From a virus: a stretch of 64,000 nucleotides of DNA. Within the stretch, counting starts at the first letter, position 1, and each line of letters opens with the position of its first letter. Under the pieces are notes generated by a model. The model was not told the origin of the DNA and did not search any database. It was given only the letters and a program-made list of their open reading frames with translations. The stretch is taken from the IMG/VR virus record IMGVR_UViG_3300045988_143165, positions 3,410-67,409 of that record. The stretch is one strand, 5' to 3'. Below are positions 46,263-55,286 of this stretch, piece by piece. The translations under genes and the position numbers were made by a program.

Positions 46263-46643
46263 TTATCCTATAGTGAGAATAGCTGGATTGACTACCCCAT
46301 CGCCTTCATAGTTATATTCTTTGTTGTGCCATTTCCTTAATTCCTCTCCGTATTCCCAAAGTTGAGACAAGGCATTAACAGCACAACCATACATAAAACC
46401 AGTAATACCCTCTGTATCTGCTTCACGAGATGTACTATCTGCTATATCGACAATTTTATCCCCCGAAGCAATTCTGGATTCCATAAGATTTGCCCATCTT
46501 TCTGCATACCGCACAACTGCATTTGAATAAGGGTCTTTACTGTTTACTGTAACAAACTGATTATAATTTTCCTCTTGACCTGCTTTAATTTTCATTTGAT
46601 TTTCCTCCAATAATTTTAATCCGAGTAAAGTATTTAGTATCAA
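46263..46643 (-). CDS. hypothetical protein
   Basis: ORF. Confidence 0.35.
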   Translation of the reverse strand: MILNTLLGLKLLEENQMKIKAGQEENYNQFVTVNSKDPYSNAVVRYAERWANLMESRIASGDKIVDIADSTSREADTEGITGFMYGCAVNALSQLWEYGEELRKWHNKEYNYEGDGVVNPAILTIG

Positions 46644-46779
46644 TCCCTACATATTATCCATTTTTGCTCCACAATCAGGACATTCATTAGGTATTATCAA
46701 ATGTGGCAATAATTCATATGGTTCTAAATAATATCCACATTCAGAGCAATAATAATCTTCTTCATAATCTTTTATCCAT

Positions 46780-47142
46780 TCAGCCATTACCATTACCGCA
46801 CTTTCTCTCACCATAACTACAGAAATCGTCTGGGTTCATACAGAAGTGGTTGAATAACCTTGTACAAACCGACTGCCCAAATGTATCTTTTGAGAAGTAT
46901 ATACAGTCCTTACATCTTACAACTTTTTGCGCATCGGTGGCAGGGACTTTTTCAATCACATCAAGAATATCGTTGTTATAGCAGGATATACAATCTTCCC
47001 ACTCACCATAATATTCACAATCATCCATAGCGTTTTCTACAGCATTGAGTAATGCTTCACGCTCTATGTATTCTTTTTCAGCCATTATTTTCACGCTCCT
47101 TTCTTTCAGCAATAAGATGTAAGCCTTTGTAACAATCATCAC
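46780..47142 (-). CDS. Cys-rich hypothetical protein
   Basis: ORF. Confidence 0.3.
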   Translation of the reverse strand: MMIVTKAYILLLKERSVKIMAEKEYIEREALLNAVENAMDDCEYYGEWEDCISCYNNDILDVIEKVPATDAQKVVRCKDCIYFSKDTFGQSVCTRLFNHFCMNPDDFCSYGERKCGNGNG

Positions 47143-47293
47143 ATATCTGGATTTTAATTTTTCTCTTTTTTTCGATAGGAATTACAATCTCGCTAAGGCA
47201 ATCAATATCAACTCCTAAATAGAATTCCTTCATTTTAACTGTGTGCGGATTTGAAATAACTTTGTTACAACAATCGCACTGATAGACTCTCAT
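47078..47293 (-). CDS. zinc-ribbon protein
   Basis: CDCCNK...CDDCYKG. Confidence 0.3.
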   Translation of the reverse strand: MRVYQCDCCNKVISNPHTVKMKEFYLGVDIDCLSEIVIPIEKKRKIKIQICDDCYKGLHLIAERKERENNG

Positions 47294-48122
47294 TTAAACT
47301 CTCATTTCCTTTCCTTTAAAACTTTTAATAACTCCCGCACTTCTTTGTACAGGAACGGCAACAAAACTCCATTCGTAAGCGTCACAAATACCGCAAAGCT
47401 CGCCGTAACACTTTCTGCCGCCGTAGGTTTCGCCTTTTATGTGCGAGCAATGATTAAGGCTTTCGCCGCAAACACTACATTTTACTTCATCTGCGGCACA
47501 GCCTATGCCTACTTCCTTTAAAATACCGCTGTCAATCGCCTGAATAATCTCATCGTTACCCTTGGCTTTCGGAATATATGCCCTTGCGGTAAGTCTGAAA
47601 TAATCATCGCCCGTTGCCGTTTTTTTTGCCGTCAACGCTTTCAACCGAACAGGCAAAAATTCTTGCCGTCTGGTTTTTGGCTGTCGGCGAGTGGTCAAAA
47701 ATACCCGTCTTGCCTACAAAAAGTTTTTCAAGTTCAAAAAGCGACTCCACGGTAAAACGCTCGTTGTCACGGTCAATATCGTTGTCGCACAAAACCACAC
47801 TGAAAACATATACCTCGTCCTTTGTCAGCTTTCTGCGTGAATACGCATTGATAAGCTCCAATTCCTTATCGGTAACCTCGGCGGCTTCGGGTGTTCCATC
47901 ATCACTAAGCAAAGTGTGATGTTCGTCACTCCATTTCTGAATAGCTTCGACTGCTTTTTTAGGATAAATCGTTTCAAAGTCTGAACACAGAACATCTATG
48001 CCATTATTCATACTACCTAAAGGGCAGTCCTCACATTTAATGCGACATACCCCATCTCTTGTTCTTTTCGTCATCCTTAACTTTTCGTTGAAGTAGTTTG
48101 TAGTTTTCGTACAATCAATCAT
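47294..48122 (-). CDS. Cys-rich protein with an N-terminal CxxxCxxC motif (possible Fe-S / radical-SAM-like). Two overlapping ORFs joined by a 1-nt shift at an A8 tract
   Basis: ORF 47604..48122 carries GVCRIKCEDCPL. ORF 47294..47698 overlaps it by 95 nt with no RBS, and the two frames meet at minus-sense GGCAAAAAAAACGG (plus-strand T8 at 47631-47638). Confidence 0.35.
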
Positions 48123-48320
48123 TATTAACCTTCCTTTAAATTATGTATTTATTATTTCTAATGTGTATTGTAATTTGGGTCATCACTTTTAAACTTATCA
48201 ATGTATTTATGCTGCATTATAGTTCCATAAATCCAAATAACTATAAAACAAATACTAAATAAGGCAACAATGATTAAAATTACTAATAGTATAATTTGCC
48301 ACCAAGTCATAATTCCTCCA

Positions 48321-48575
48321 TTATACTTGCATACCTTCCGGATATTTCGTTGTCAAAGGTCTGTAATTTTCACCTGCAACCTTGCCGCATTTAGAACATT
48401 TCATTGTAGGTATAACATTCTGATGATAGTTTGCATCATCATATCCGCTTTTTGTTTCGGTATGTCCGCAGTGTTCACACTCAAATATAGCCTTAAAATC
48501 CCTGCGATGCTGTGAAATAATTTCTTTAATTCTCATCTTTCGTCTCCTCTGCAATTTCTTCTTTAACAAGTCCAA
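48321..48575 (-). CDS. zinc-ribbon protein
   Basis: CEHCGH...CSKCGK. Confidence 0.3.
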   Translation of the reverse strand: MDLLKKKLQRRRKMRIKEIISQHRRDFKAIFECEHCGHTETKSGYDDANYHQNVIPTMKCSKCGKVAGENYRPLTTKYPEGMQV

Positions 48576-48807
48576 TGAACTGTGACATAAAATTAGGATT
48601 TTCCTTCAGTATTTCGTGAAATATTGAAACCATAAACTGCTTTTTGATTTCGCTCCATTCTTCCGCTGTAATATCAGGATTCTGTGTTTTTGCTTCATCA
48701 TAGAGTTTCTGTAAAAATTTCTGACCTTTCTCACTATTAAGTGCAGAAGTTTCAGCTGTAATAACTTTCTGAATGAAATCCTCGTAATTATTGTTAAACT
48801 GTGCCAT
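48526..48807 (-). CDS. hypothetical protein
   Basis: ORF. Confidence 0.3.
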   Translation of the reverse strand: MAQFNNNYEDFIQKVITAETSALNSEKGQKFLQKLYDEAKTQNPDITAEEWSEIKKQFMVSIFHEILKENPNFMSQFIGLVKEEIAEETKDEN

Positions 48808-49312
48808 CTGATTTGCTCTCCTGTTCTTTTAATGATTTTATAAATTCTCTATTAGCTGAACGAAACATCATCAATAATGTTTCAGTCAATGGATATTTCC
48901 TATTTGTTCTTTTGGCTTTCTTGATAATCGTTAGCATTCCACTATCATCAAGAACATACACACCTACATAAGCATTGTATTTGATTTCATCTTTTATTTT
49001 GTCGTATGTATCTGATGTCATAACATAATAATTAAAATCGCCAATGAAATTATGACCGTTCTTTGAACGAAAATCATCTACACACGATTTTATTTCATAA
49101 CAATAAAAATCTCCTTTTTCAATGCCTGAAATAGTGTTATTTAACGGTTTAAAAAGCATATAATCAACTCTTATTGGATGCAAACTTCCATAATCAAAAG
49201 TAACCTCTTTTGACATATATATTCTTGTATCATATCTTGGATTTATATGCTTTTCAAGTGCCTTTGATATTTTTATTGTTGTAGCTTTTCTATCCATAGT
49301 CTTAATACTCAA
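48794..49312 (-). CDS. hypothetical protein
   Basis: ORF. Confidence 0.35.
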   Translation of the reverse strand: MSIKTMDRKATTIKISKALEKHINPRYDTRIYMSKEVTFDYGSLHPIRVDYMLFKPLNNTISGIEKGDFYCYEIKSCVDDFRSKNGHNFIGDFNYYVMTSDTYDKIKDEIKYNAYVGVYVLDDSGMLTIIKKAKRTNRKYPLTETLLMMFRSANREFIKSLKEQESKSDGTV

Positions 49313-50132
49313 CCGTCATCCATCGTTTCTTATCCTCATATTTCCACTGAACCATTCCACCGGACACCCTTGTTTCAACATTTTCAAGTTTATCAATGCA
49401 CATTATTCGTTCTCTGCATTTTGCCTTTTCCTCTGTTGAAATATCATATGTTATAGCCCAACGGTCTATAACTTTATCAATCTGTTCAATAGACCATTCA
49501 AGGTCTGACAAATTTGCCTGTCTTTTAAGTTCAGTTTGATGAATGTCAATCATTTTCTGTGCTTCCTCATAAGTCCTGAAAAGCTCACAAGGTATAAAAC
49601 TCTTGTACTCTGGATGATGTTCCGTCATAGGATATTGACGAATGATTCTCCATCCCTTTTTAGAATCTATCTCTGTACAAAAATGGCAATAATCAATATT
49701 CTGAACCTTTACTAATATTCCTTCTTTGATTGCCGTTAAAATATCATCTGTTTTGGATAGACTTAGAGTTTTAGCAATCGCAGGTAATTCTATATCGCTG
49801 CATTCAAAGAGTTTTGTATTATAACTCCATCCTTTTGGTAACTTCTTCCATTTCGTTGGTGTTACAAATTCATTAGATGGCACACCATTGATAAGCCTTG
49901 TATCTGCAAAATCATAAAGTTGAATACAAATCTCGCTTGTATAATGTTCTTCTACTGTTCCAAAATCAACTCTCCATTCGTGACCGTGTTTTTTAATATA
50001 GTAAACAACTGTACCAATAGGAATTTCCTGTCTATTGATGTTTAACTCGGAATTTCGGGTATAGATTTCCGCTTCCTCCTGTGATACTTCACCTATATTG
50101 TTAATTCGTCTTGGTCTGCCGATTACTTCCAT
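49302..50132 (-). CDS. hypothetical protein
   Basis: 276-aa ORF. Confidence 0.4.
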   Translation of the reverse strand: MEVIGRPRRINNIGEVSQEEAEIYTRNSELNINRQEIPIGTVVYYIKKHGHEWRVDFGTVEEHYTSEICIQLYDFADTRLINGVPSNEFVTPTKWKKLPKGWSYNTKLFECSDIELPAIAKTLSLSKTDDILTAIKEGILVKVQNIDYCHFCTEIDSKKGWRIIRQYPMTEHHPEYKSFIPCELFRTYEEAQKMIDIHQTELKRQANLSDLEWSIEQIDKVIDRWAITYDISTEEKAKCRERIMCIDKLENVETRVSGGMVQWKYEDKKRWMTVEY

Positions 50133-50143
50133 TTATAATAACC

Positions 50144-51979
50144 TCACTTTCTAAATTGTGGTTTATAAGTATTGATAATCGGTTTCAATCCTTGTTCCGC
50201 AAAGTATTCAAGTATAGCATCATACTGCTTTCTATCAAATGATGCCCATTTAGATTTTTGTGTAATACAATGTTCTTTGTATGATATATCAAACAGAACT
50301 GTATCAGGAAGGTCATACCATCCGTTGTAAATGATAACATCTCCATAAAACCACTTATAATAAAGACCTTTCTTTCTATGCGGCTTGAATGTCATTTTCA
50401 CAGAATTATCATACTGTGCGTATTGCCCGATTGTGTAACTATAAAATGTTACTTTTGATACCGACATCATACCAAAGTCGCTATACTTTACGATTGTGAT
50501 TCTCTGTCCTGCCTCAAGGTTTGTATTTTTGAATTGTTCCGCTATACTGTCAACTTCTGTAAGAACCTTATACATAACCGTTTTAAGTTCGGGAATTGTA
50601 ATTGCTCTGACAATGCCGGCATTCAACTTGAATTTATTTGCATAAATCCATTCTTTCATACAAGCCTTATATAAATCAAAATCTTCATCCTGCCAGGTCT
50701 TTTTAATTTCATTTTGGCTGATAATCTCGGTGCTGACATCTTCAATAGTTTCTGCAAGTTCAATATTATGCTGATGTTCTTCTTCACTAATACCATAATC
50801 TGAATGGTAAGTGTCAACCTTTTGGCTCTGCTCATCGTAAACATATACATATCTTGCATAATTGTAACCCTGTGGGTCAACGATAAGTTTCAGCTCACCA
50901 TCACAATATATAGCAACGCAATCAATATTGTACCACTCGACAGTTTCCCTTTCTTCTTCGGTCATCATATCGTAGTCTATTGATGATTGGATTCTACGGT
51001 CATCTGTACGGCTTCCGCCCATTCCATCAAAGAATGAATAATCGCTCATCAACTGTTTTTCAAAAAGTGCATAGACCTCTGTGGTAAAATGTACTTCCCT
51101 GGAAACCTGACAAGTTTCTCTGCACTGTTTTTCGTCATAAATTTCAGTGTGGTCAAGGTTGTCATCTTTGTTAGCCTTTAGAATGGCATTCACGATAGTA
51201 TAATTAACTTTTTTAACTGTGTGGTTATCTTCGATAATCTTTTCATTTGCTTTGCGGATTTCAGCACGCTTTTTAGCTTCGGCTTCTTCGATTTCTCTCT
51301 GCTTCATCTGTTCCTCAAACTCTTTCTGCTTGCGGATTTCTTCGGCTGCTTCAAAATCTACCTTGTTCTGCTGAAACACTTTGCACATTTCTTTATCATC
51401 GTCAGTCATTTCCTTCTGCTCATAATGATGACTTAAAATGCTACTTTCATATACGCCATAGAAATTGACATCAAAGTAGTCCGTCATCGAATCACTATTG
51501 TCATAGTTATAACTCTCTGCAAACTTATAAGCATAATGTATAATGGCTTTAATTTCATCGCTTTCAGAACAAAATGGGGAAGCCAGCAGGTCAATGCAAA
51601 TGCTATTATAATCACTTGTTATTGACCATTTACACATAGGAAATCTCGCTCTTAAATTTTTTCTGATTATAGCTGCGATTTCTTTGGTGCTATAGATATG
51701 ATATTTACTGTAATTATCCTCAATTCCATCCGTTCTTGTCATTTCCCATAAGTTGTATTTTTCGTGTTGCTCAGCCTTGTTTTTAATAGGAGAAGAAAAT
51801 TCTCCGAGACTTTCAGCAAATGAAATTCTATCTGCGCTCTGCTTTGCATACCACATTTTCTGCTTTCCACTCCAACGGAAACCATTCTCTTTAAGTGCTA
51901 CAATAATTGAACTTTCAGGCTTACCGTCAAATCTGATTTCAATTCCGTTCTTTTCGTTATTCATTGTAATAGTTGCCAT
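50144..51979 (-). CDS. large hypothetical protein
   Basis: RBS agaggtatttattATG at MATITMNN. First gene after promoter P5. Confidence 0.45.
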   Translation of the reverse strand: MATITMNNEKNGIEIRFDGKPESSIIVALKENGFRWSGKQKMWYAKQSADRISFAESLGEFSSPIKNKAEQHEKYNLWEMTRTDGIEDNYSKYHIYSTKEIAAIIRKNLRARFPMCKWSITSDYNSICIDLLASPFCSESDEIKAIIHYAYKFAESYNYDNSDSMTDYFDVNFYGVYESSILSHHYEQKEMTDDDKEMCKVFQQNKVDFEAAEEIRKQKEFEEQMKQREIEEAEAKKRAEIRKANEKIIEDNHTVKKVNYTIVNAILKANKDDNLDHTEIYDEKQCRETCQVSREVHFTTEVYALFEKQLMSDYSFFDGMGGSRTDDRRIQSSIDYDMMTEEERETVEWYNIDCVAIYCDGELKLIVDPQGYNYARYVYVYDEQSQKVDTYHSDYGISEEEHQHNIELAETIEDVSTEIISQNEIKKTWQDEDFDLYKACMKEWIYANKFKLNAGIVRAITIPELKTVMYKVLTEVDSIAEQFKNTNLEAGQRITIVKYSDFGMMSVSKVTFYSYTIGQYAQYDNSVKMTFKPHRKKGLYYKWFYGDVIIYNGWYDLPDTVLFDISYKEHCITQKSKWASFDRKQYDAILEYFAEQGLKPIINTYKPQFRK

Positions 51980-52019
51980 AATAAATACCTCTTTCTGTAT
52001 GTGTTTCTTGTTTTTGTGT

Positions 52020-52105
52020 TGTAGTAATTCATTTACTATAATCATTATAGCAAACGCTTTTATATTTGTCAAGCATTTTTCTCAAAATTATTTCTAATTC
52101 TGTGA
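52020..52105 (-). promoter_or_regulatory. consensus promoter plus palindromic operator (P5)
   Basis: Minus sense: TTAGAAATAATTTTGAGAAAAATGC, TTGACA, 17 nt, TATAAT, then TAGTAAATGAATTACTA. Confidence 0.55.
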
Positions 52106-52446
52106 AAAAATCTCCGCCGATTTTGTATGCGGAATTTCCATACAGAATAATATACCTTTATGTATAGTATTACTTTTTATACTATTCATTATTCTTATAG
52201 AAATTAAGAATAGTATTGATTTACATACAATTCCTTATTTAATACGATTCTTATGTACATTATTATATTATATATAAATAAGAAATTGTATGCGATAAAC
52301 CCATTTGCTTCTCTATGGTTAATCGAATAGTAATAATAAACAAATAGGTTTATCTTTATTTGAATAATACTATTATTGAATTGATGAAATTAGGAATTGT
52401 CTTTGCTGAACCGCCGCCAGTTTATCCAACCAAATTTTAACAGAAT

Positions 52447-52968
52447 TCATATCTCTGCACTTATCTCTTTAAGCAATATTTTTACTTTGTTGATTTCTTC
52501 CTCTGAATGTGGAGTACCGCCCTCGTTCATCTCAATATACCATTTCAGAACTTCTTCTCTGGTTTGTAGTTCGTTGATATTCACAAGGACATCAATCTCC
52601 ATCGGAAGTCTATCTTCAAAATCCTTGTAGTAGCATCCGAAGGCAGGGATTTCATTGTTGATAAATCGCATAATGGCTGTGGTTCTTTGCAGACCATCGA
52701 CACACACGAACCAACCATCTCTGCCGCCGTGACTCCAAGTAGGACAGTTGAAATAGATGACTCTGCCGGACTTGCCACGGCGGAGCAGAAATTCAATATA
52801 TGCAATCTGCTGTTTCTCCGTCCAAACGTGACCTCTCTGAAAATCTGGATTGAGTTCAAGACCACATTCTTCTACATTCTCATTGACCCATTTTGCAAAG
52901 CGGTCAAGTGGCATATTTACTTGATATGAGCCAGGTCTTGTGAATCTCGGAATGTTTTTAAATTTCAT
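52447..52968 (-). CDS. DUF262 (ParB-like nuclease fold) domain protein, short standalone form
   Basis: LNPDFQRGHVW and VDGLQRTTAI (DGQQR-like) motifs. Confidence 0.55.
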   Translation of the reverse strand: MKFKNIPRFTRPGSYQVNMPLDRFAKWVNENVEECGLELNPDFQRGHVWTEKQQIAYIEFLLRRGKSGRVIYFNCPTWSHGGRDGWFVCVDGLQRTTAIMRFINNEIPAFGCYYKDFEDRLPMEIDVLVNINELQTREEVLKWYIEMNEGGTPHSEEEINKVKILLKEISAEI

Positions 52969-52980
52969 ACCTTATACTCC

Positions 52981-53259
52981 TTATTTGCCAAGAATTTGTT
53001 CAACCGTTTTATCTTCAAATTCACTCCAATTAAATTCTTCGGTTGAAAAATCCGACTCGGTTGCTTTGTCATCATCATACAAGGAGATTTCTCCCTGCTC
53101 ATACAGTGTTCTCACCGCATAACACAAATTTTCCTCATCGGAAAAAGATGGAAGATTTTCTTCATTGTTTTCCAGATATTTCTTTACCTTTTTTACATCC
53201 TCGTCAGAAAGATGTACGGTATAAGTTACTCTTGCTACAACTTCAAATTTCATTCCCAT
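52981..53259 (-). CDS. hypothetical acidic protein
   Basis: ORF. Confidence 0.35.
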   Translation of the reverse strand: MGMKFEVVARVTYTVHLSDEDVKKVKKYLENNEENLPSFSDEENLCYAVRTLYEQGEISLYDDDKATESDFSTEEFNWSEFEDKTVEQILGK

Positions 53260-53337
53260 TTTTCTATCTCCTTGTTATATTTACACAATATATTGTGGTT
53301 TAATTTTGCGGCAGACACAATATATAGTGTATAAATG

Positions 53338-53568
53338 TTAATAAAATGTCGTTTTTATTGTAGGTTTTATACTAATAATTCCGATGTTCATATTGGCATT
53401 TACTTGTTCTTCTCTTTGTATTGAATGAACCGATAATCTATCCTTGTGTTCTCTAAAAAGAATAATTGCTTTTATAATATCATCGGATATACATTCTCCA
53501 ATAAAATTATAACCGCCTACGCAAGCTATGCCATTAACCACATATCTATGTTTAGTCAAATTTAACAT
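53338..53568 (-). CDS. hypothetical protein
   Basis: ORF. Confidence 0.3.
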   Translation of the reverse strand: MLNLTKHRYVVNGIACVGGYNFIGECISDDIIKAIILFREHKDRLSVHSIQREEQVNANMNIGIISIKPTIKTTFY

Positions 53569-53834
53569 TCCTTTCTATTCTGACATACAAACACCTTATA
53601 ATCATCAATATACATTTGTCTTGCCTGGGCTTTGGTATAACCGTAGTATTGTTTTACTCCGTCTATACCATAAACCACCCACGCACCTCTGATGTTCTTT
53701 TCCATAAAGAACACAATACCACGGTTAATTGTTGCCATCGTAAATGTACTCTCTATCTCCGGTAATATATTTTTTATAATCAACTCTGATGAGTTTCTCA
53801 TTACCGACTGTCTTTGCTCCGCTGCCGAAGGCAA
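53562..53834 (-). CDS. hypothetical protein
   Basis: ORF. Confidence 0.3.
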   Translation of the reverse strand: MPSAAEQRQSVMRNSSELIIKNILPEIESTFTMATINRGIVFFMEKNIRGAWVVYGIDGVKQYYGYTKAQARQMYIDDYKVFVCQNRKEC

Positions 53835-54045
53835 TTCTTCCGTTCATTCCGACAAAGTTAATTGTAATATCACGGTTTACCGCCATAATCTCGGCATAAC
53901 ATCTTTCAGTGGGTTTTGCTCCGTCTGTAAATGTAAATCCTTCAGATTCAGCCTGTTTCATAAACTGATTCCCAGTTTCCGAATCTCCGAGATAAACATA
54001 TACTCTGCCATTCTTTTTTACAAGTTCTTTAATTGTTCTGTTCAT
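53725..54045 (-). CDS. hypothetical protein
   Basis: ORF. Confidence 0.3.
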   Translation of the reverse strand: MNRTIKELVKKNGRVYVYLGDSETGNQFMKQAESEGFTFTDGAKPTERCYAEIMAVNRDITINFVGMNGRIAFGSGAKTVGNEKLIRVDYKKYITGDREYIYDGNN

Positions 54046-54221
54046 AGTAATTTTTCCTCTCTAATTTAATTATTAGAGCGTATAAGAAAATCCCATCGTC
54101 ACCGATAGGATTTGATAATCAATTTTCCTATCGGTCAAGCATTAGCACCTTACCTGTTGGCAGGTTGCTGTGCGGTCATAGGGCTTGCTCCCTCACACAC
54201 TCTTAATAGGGTATTTTTATT

Positions 54222-54285
54222 ATATAACATAATTTTTGATTTGTCAATAACAATTTTGCAATTTCTCAAAATTATTTTTAGTCAA
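54222..54285 (-). promoter_or_regulatory. consensus promoter with conserved upstream element (P6)
   Basis: Minus sense: AAAAATAATTTTGAGAAATTGC, TTGACA, 17 nt, TATAAT. Confidence 0.5.
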
Positions 54286-54577
54286 CTTCAAGAAAATTGT
54301 TCACATTAACATCAAATGCAACAGCAAGCATACATAATTTTAGCAATGGAACTTTTACATTTTCACGGCTTCTATTAAGCCAAGAATAAATTGAATCCTT
54401 TTTGCTTTTGGTAATATCTATTAGCTTATCCATTTTTACATTATATGATTCTTTGCATTCAGGATATTTAGCATAGAGATATTTTTCTACATTATCGGCA
54501 ATAACAGATTGGTTTGTATTTTCCCATTGTGAGTTGAATTGTAAAACTTGTGCTGCAAACTGTTTGCTATATTTCAT
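54278..54577 (-). CDS. XRE-family HTH transcriptional regulator
   Basis: C-terminal HTH-like SIYSWLNRSRENVKVPLLKLCMLAVAFDV. Confidence 0.45.
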   Translation of the reverse strand: MKYSKQFAAQVLQFNSQWENTNQSVIADNVEKYLYAKYPECKESYNVKMDKLIDITKSKKDSIYSWLNRSRENVKVPLLKLCMLAVAFDVNVNNFLEVD

Positions 54578-54643
54578 TCAAACTCCTCCAACATATAATA
54601 GTATGGTAATCTATTTACTATTATACTATGTAATATTCTTTTG

Positions 54644-55258
54644 TCAATTTCTTTCTGTGAATACATTAGCATATTGCACACCAAATTTACGAGCATCTTC
54701 GTGATTATCAAAGTATATATCAATACTGTTTCCTTTAATTGCTCCACCACAATCCTGTGCCTCATATTTGTGACCGTTTATGTAAACAATAGCACCATAT
54801 GGAAGAACCGAAGGGTCTGCTGCAATAGTATAATCTGATTTTGCAATTTTTCCTGATGCAGTATATACAATTTCATTACCGTCTTTGTCTATCGGTCTGT
54901 TACTTGCATACTGTTCACAACAAACTGAACACGAGCAATACACCGCCAAACGAAATTCTCCAAGATTTATATATTCAGGCATATTGCCCTCTGTATTGCC
55001 CCGTGTTGCATTTTCAGGCTCTTTGCTTGTATTTATATTCATAAGCATAGTTTGCACCGTAGGTGTGCCTTTCTGCTCAATCAATGACACATTTATATTG
55101 TCTGGTGTCATTGCCACTACTTTTGAATGTGAACAGATAAAGAATATTCCCATAACAACGGCAAGAATTATAACAAATGTAATTGCTGCCATAGTGAAAT
55201 ATTGCCAAGTCAATTTCCCTTTGTTACTCATTCTTTTTGTAAATTTATTATCTTTCAT
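54644..55258 (-). CDS. membrane-anchored 3D-domain protein (cell-wall binding/hydrolase-like)
   Basis: N-terminal TM and a C-terminal YTASGKIA..DYTIAADPS..YEAQDCGGAIKGNSIDIYFD 3D-domain pattern. Second 3D-domain protein in the window. Confidence 0.5.
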   Translation of the reverse strand: MKDNKFTKRMSNKGKLTWQYFTMAAITFVIILAVVMGIFFICSHSKVVAMTPDNINVSLIEQKGTPTVQTMLMNINTSKEPENATRGNTEGNMPEYINLGEFRLAVYCSCSVCCEQYASNRPIDKDGNEIVYTASGKIAKSDYTIAADPSVLPYGAIVYINGHKYEAQDCGGAIKGNSIDIYFDNHEDARKFGVQYANVFTERN

Positions 55259-55286
55259 TTATTTATACCTCTCTTTTTACTTTTAG

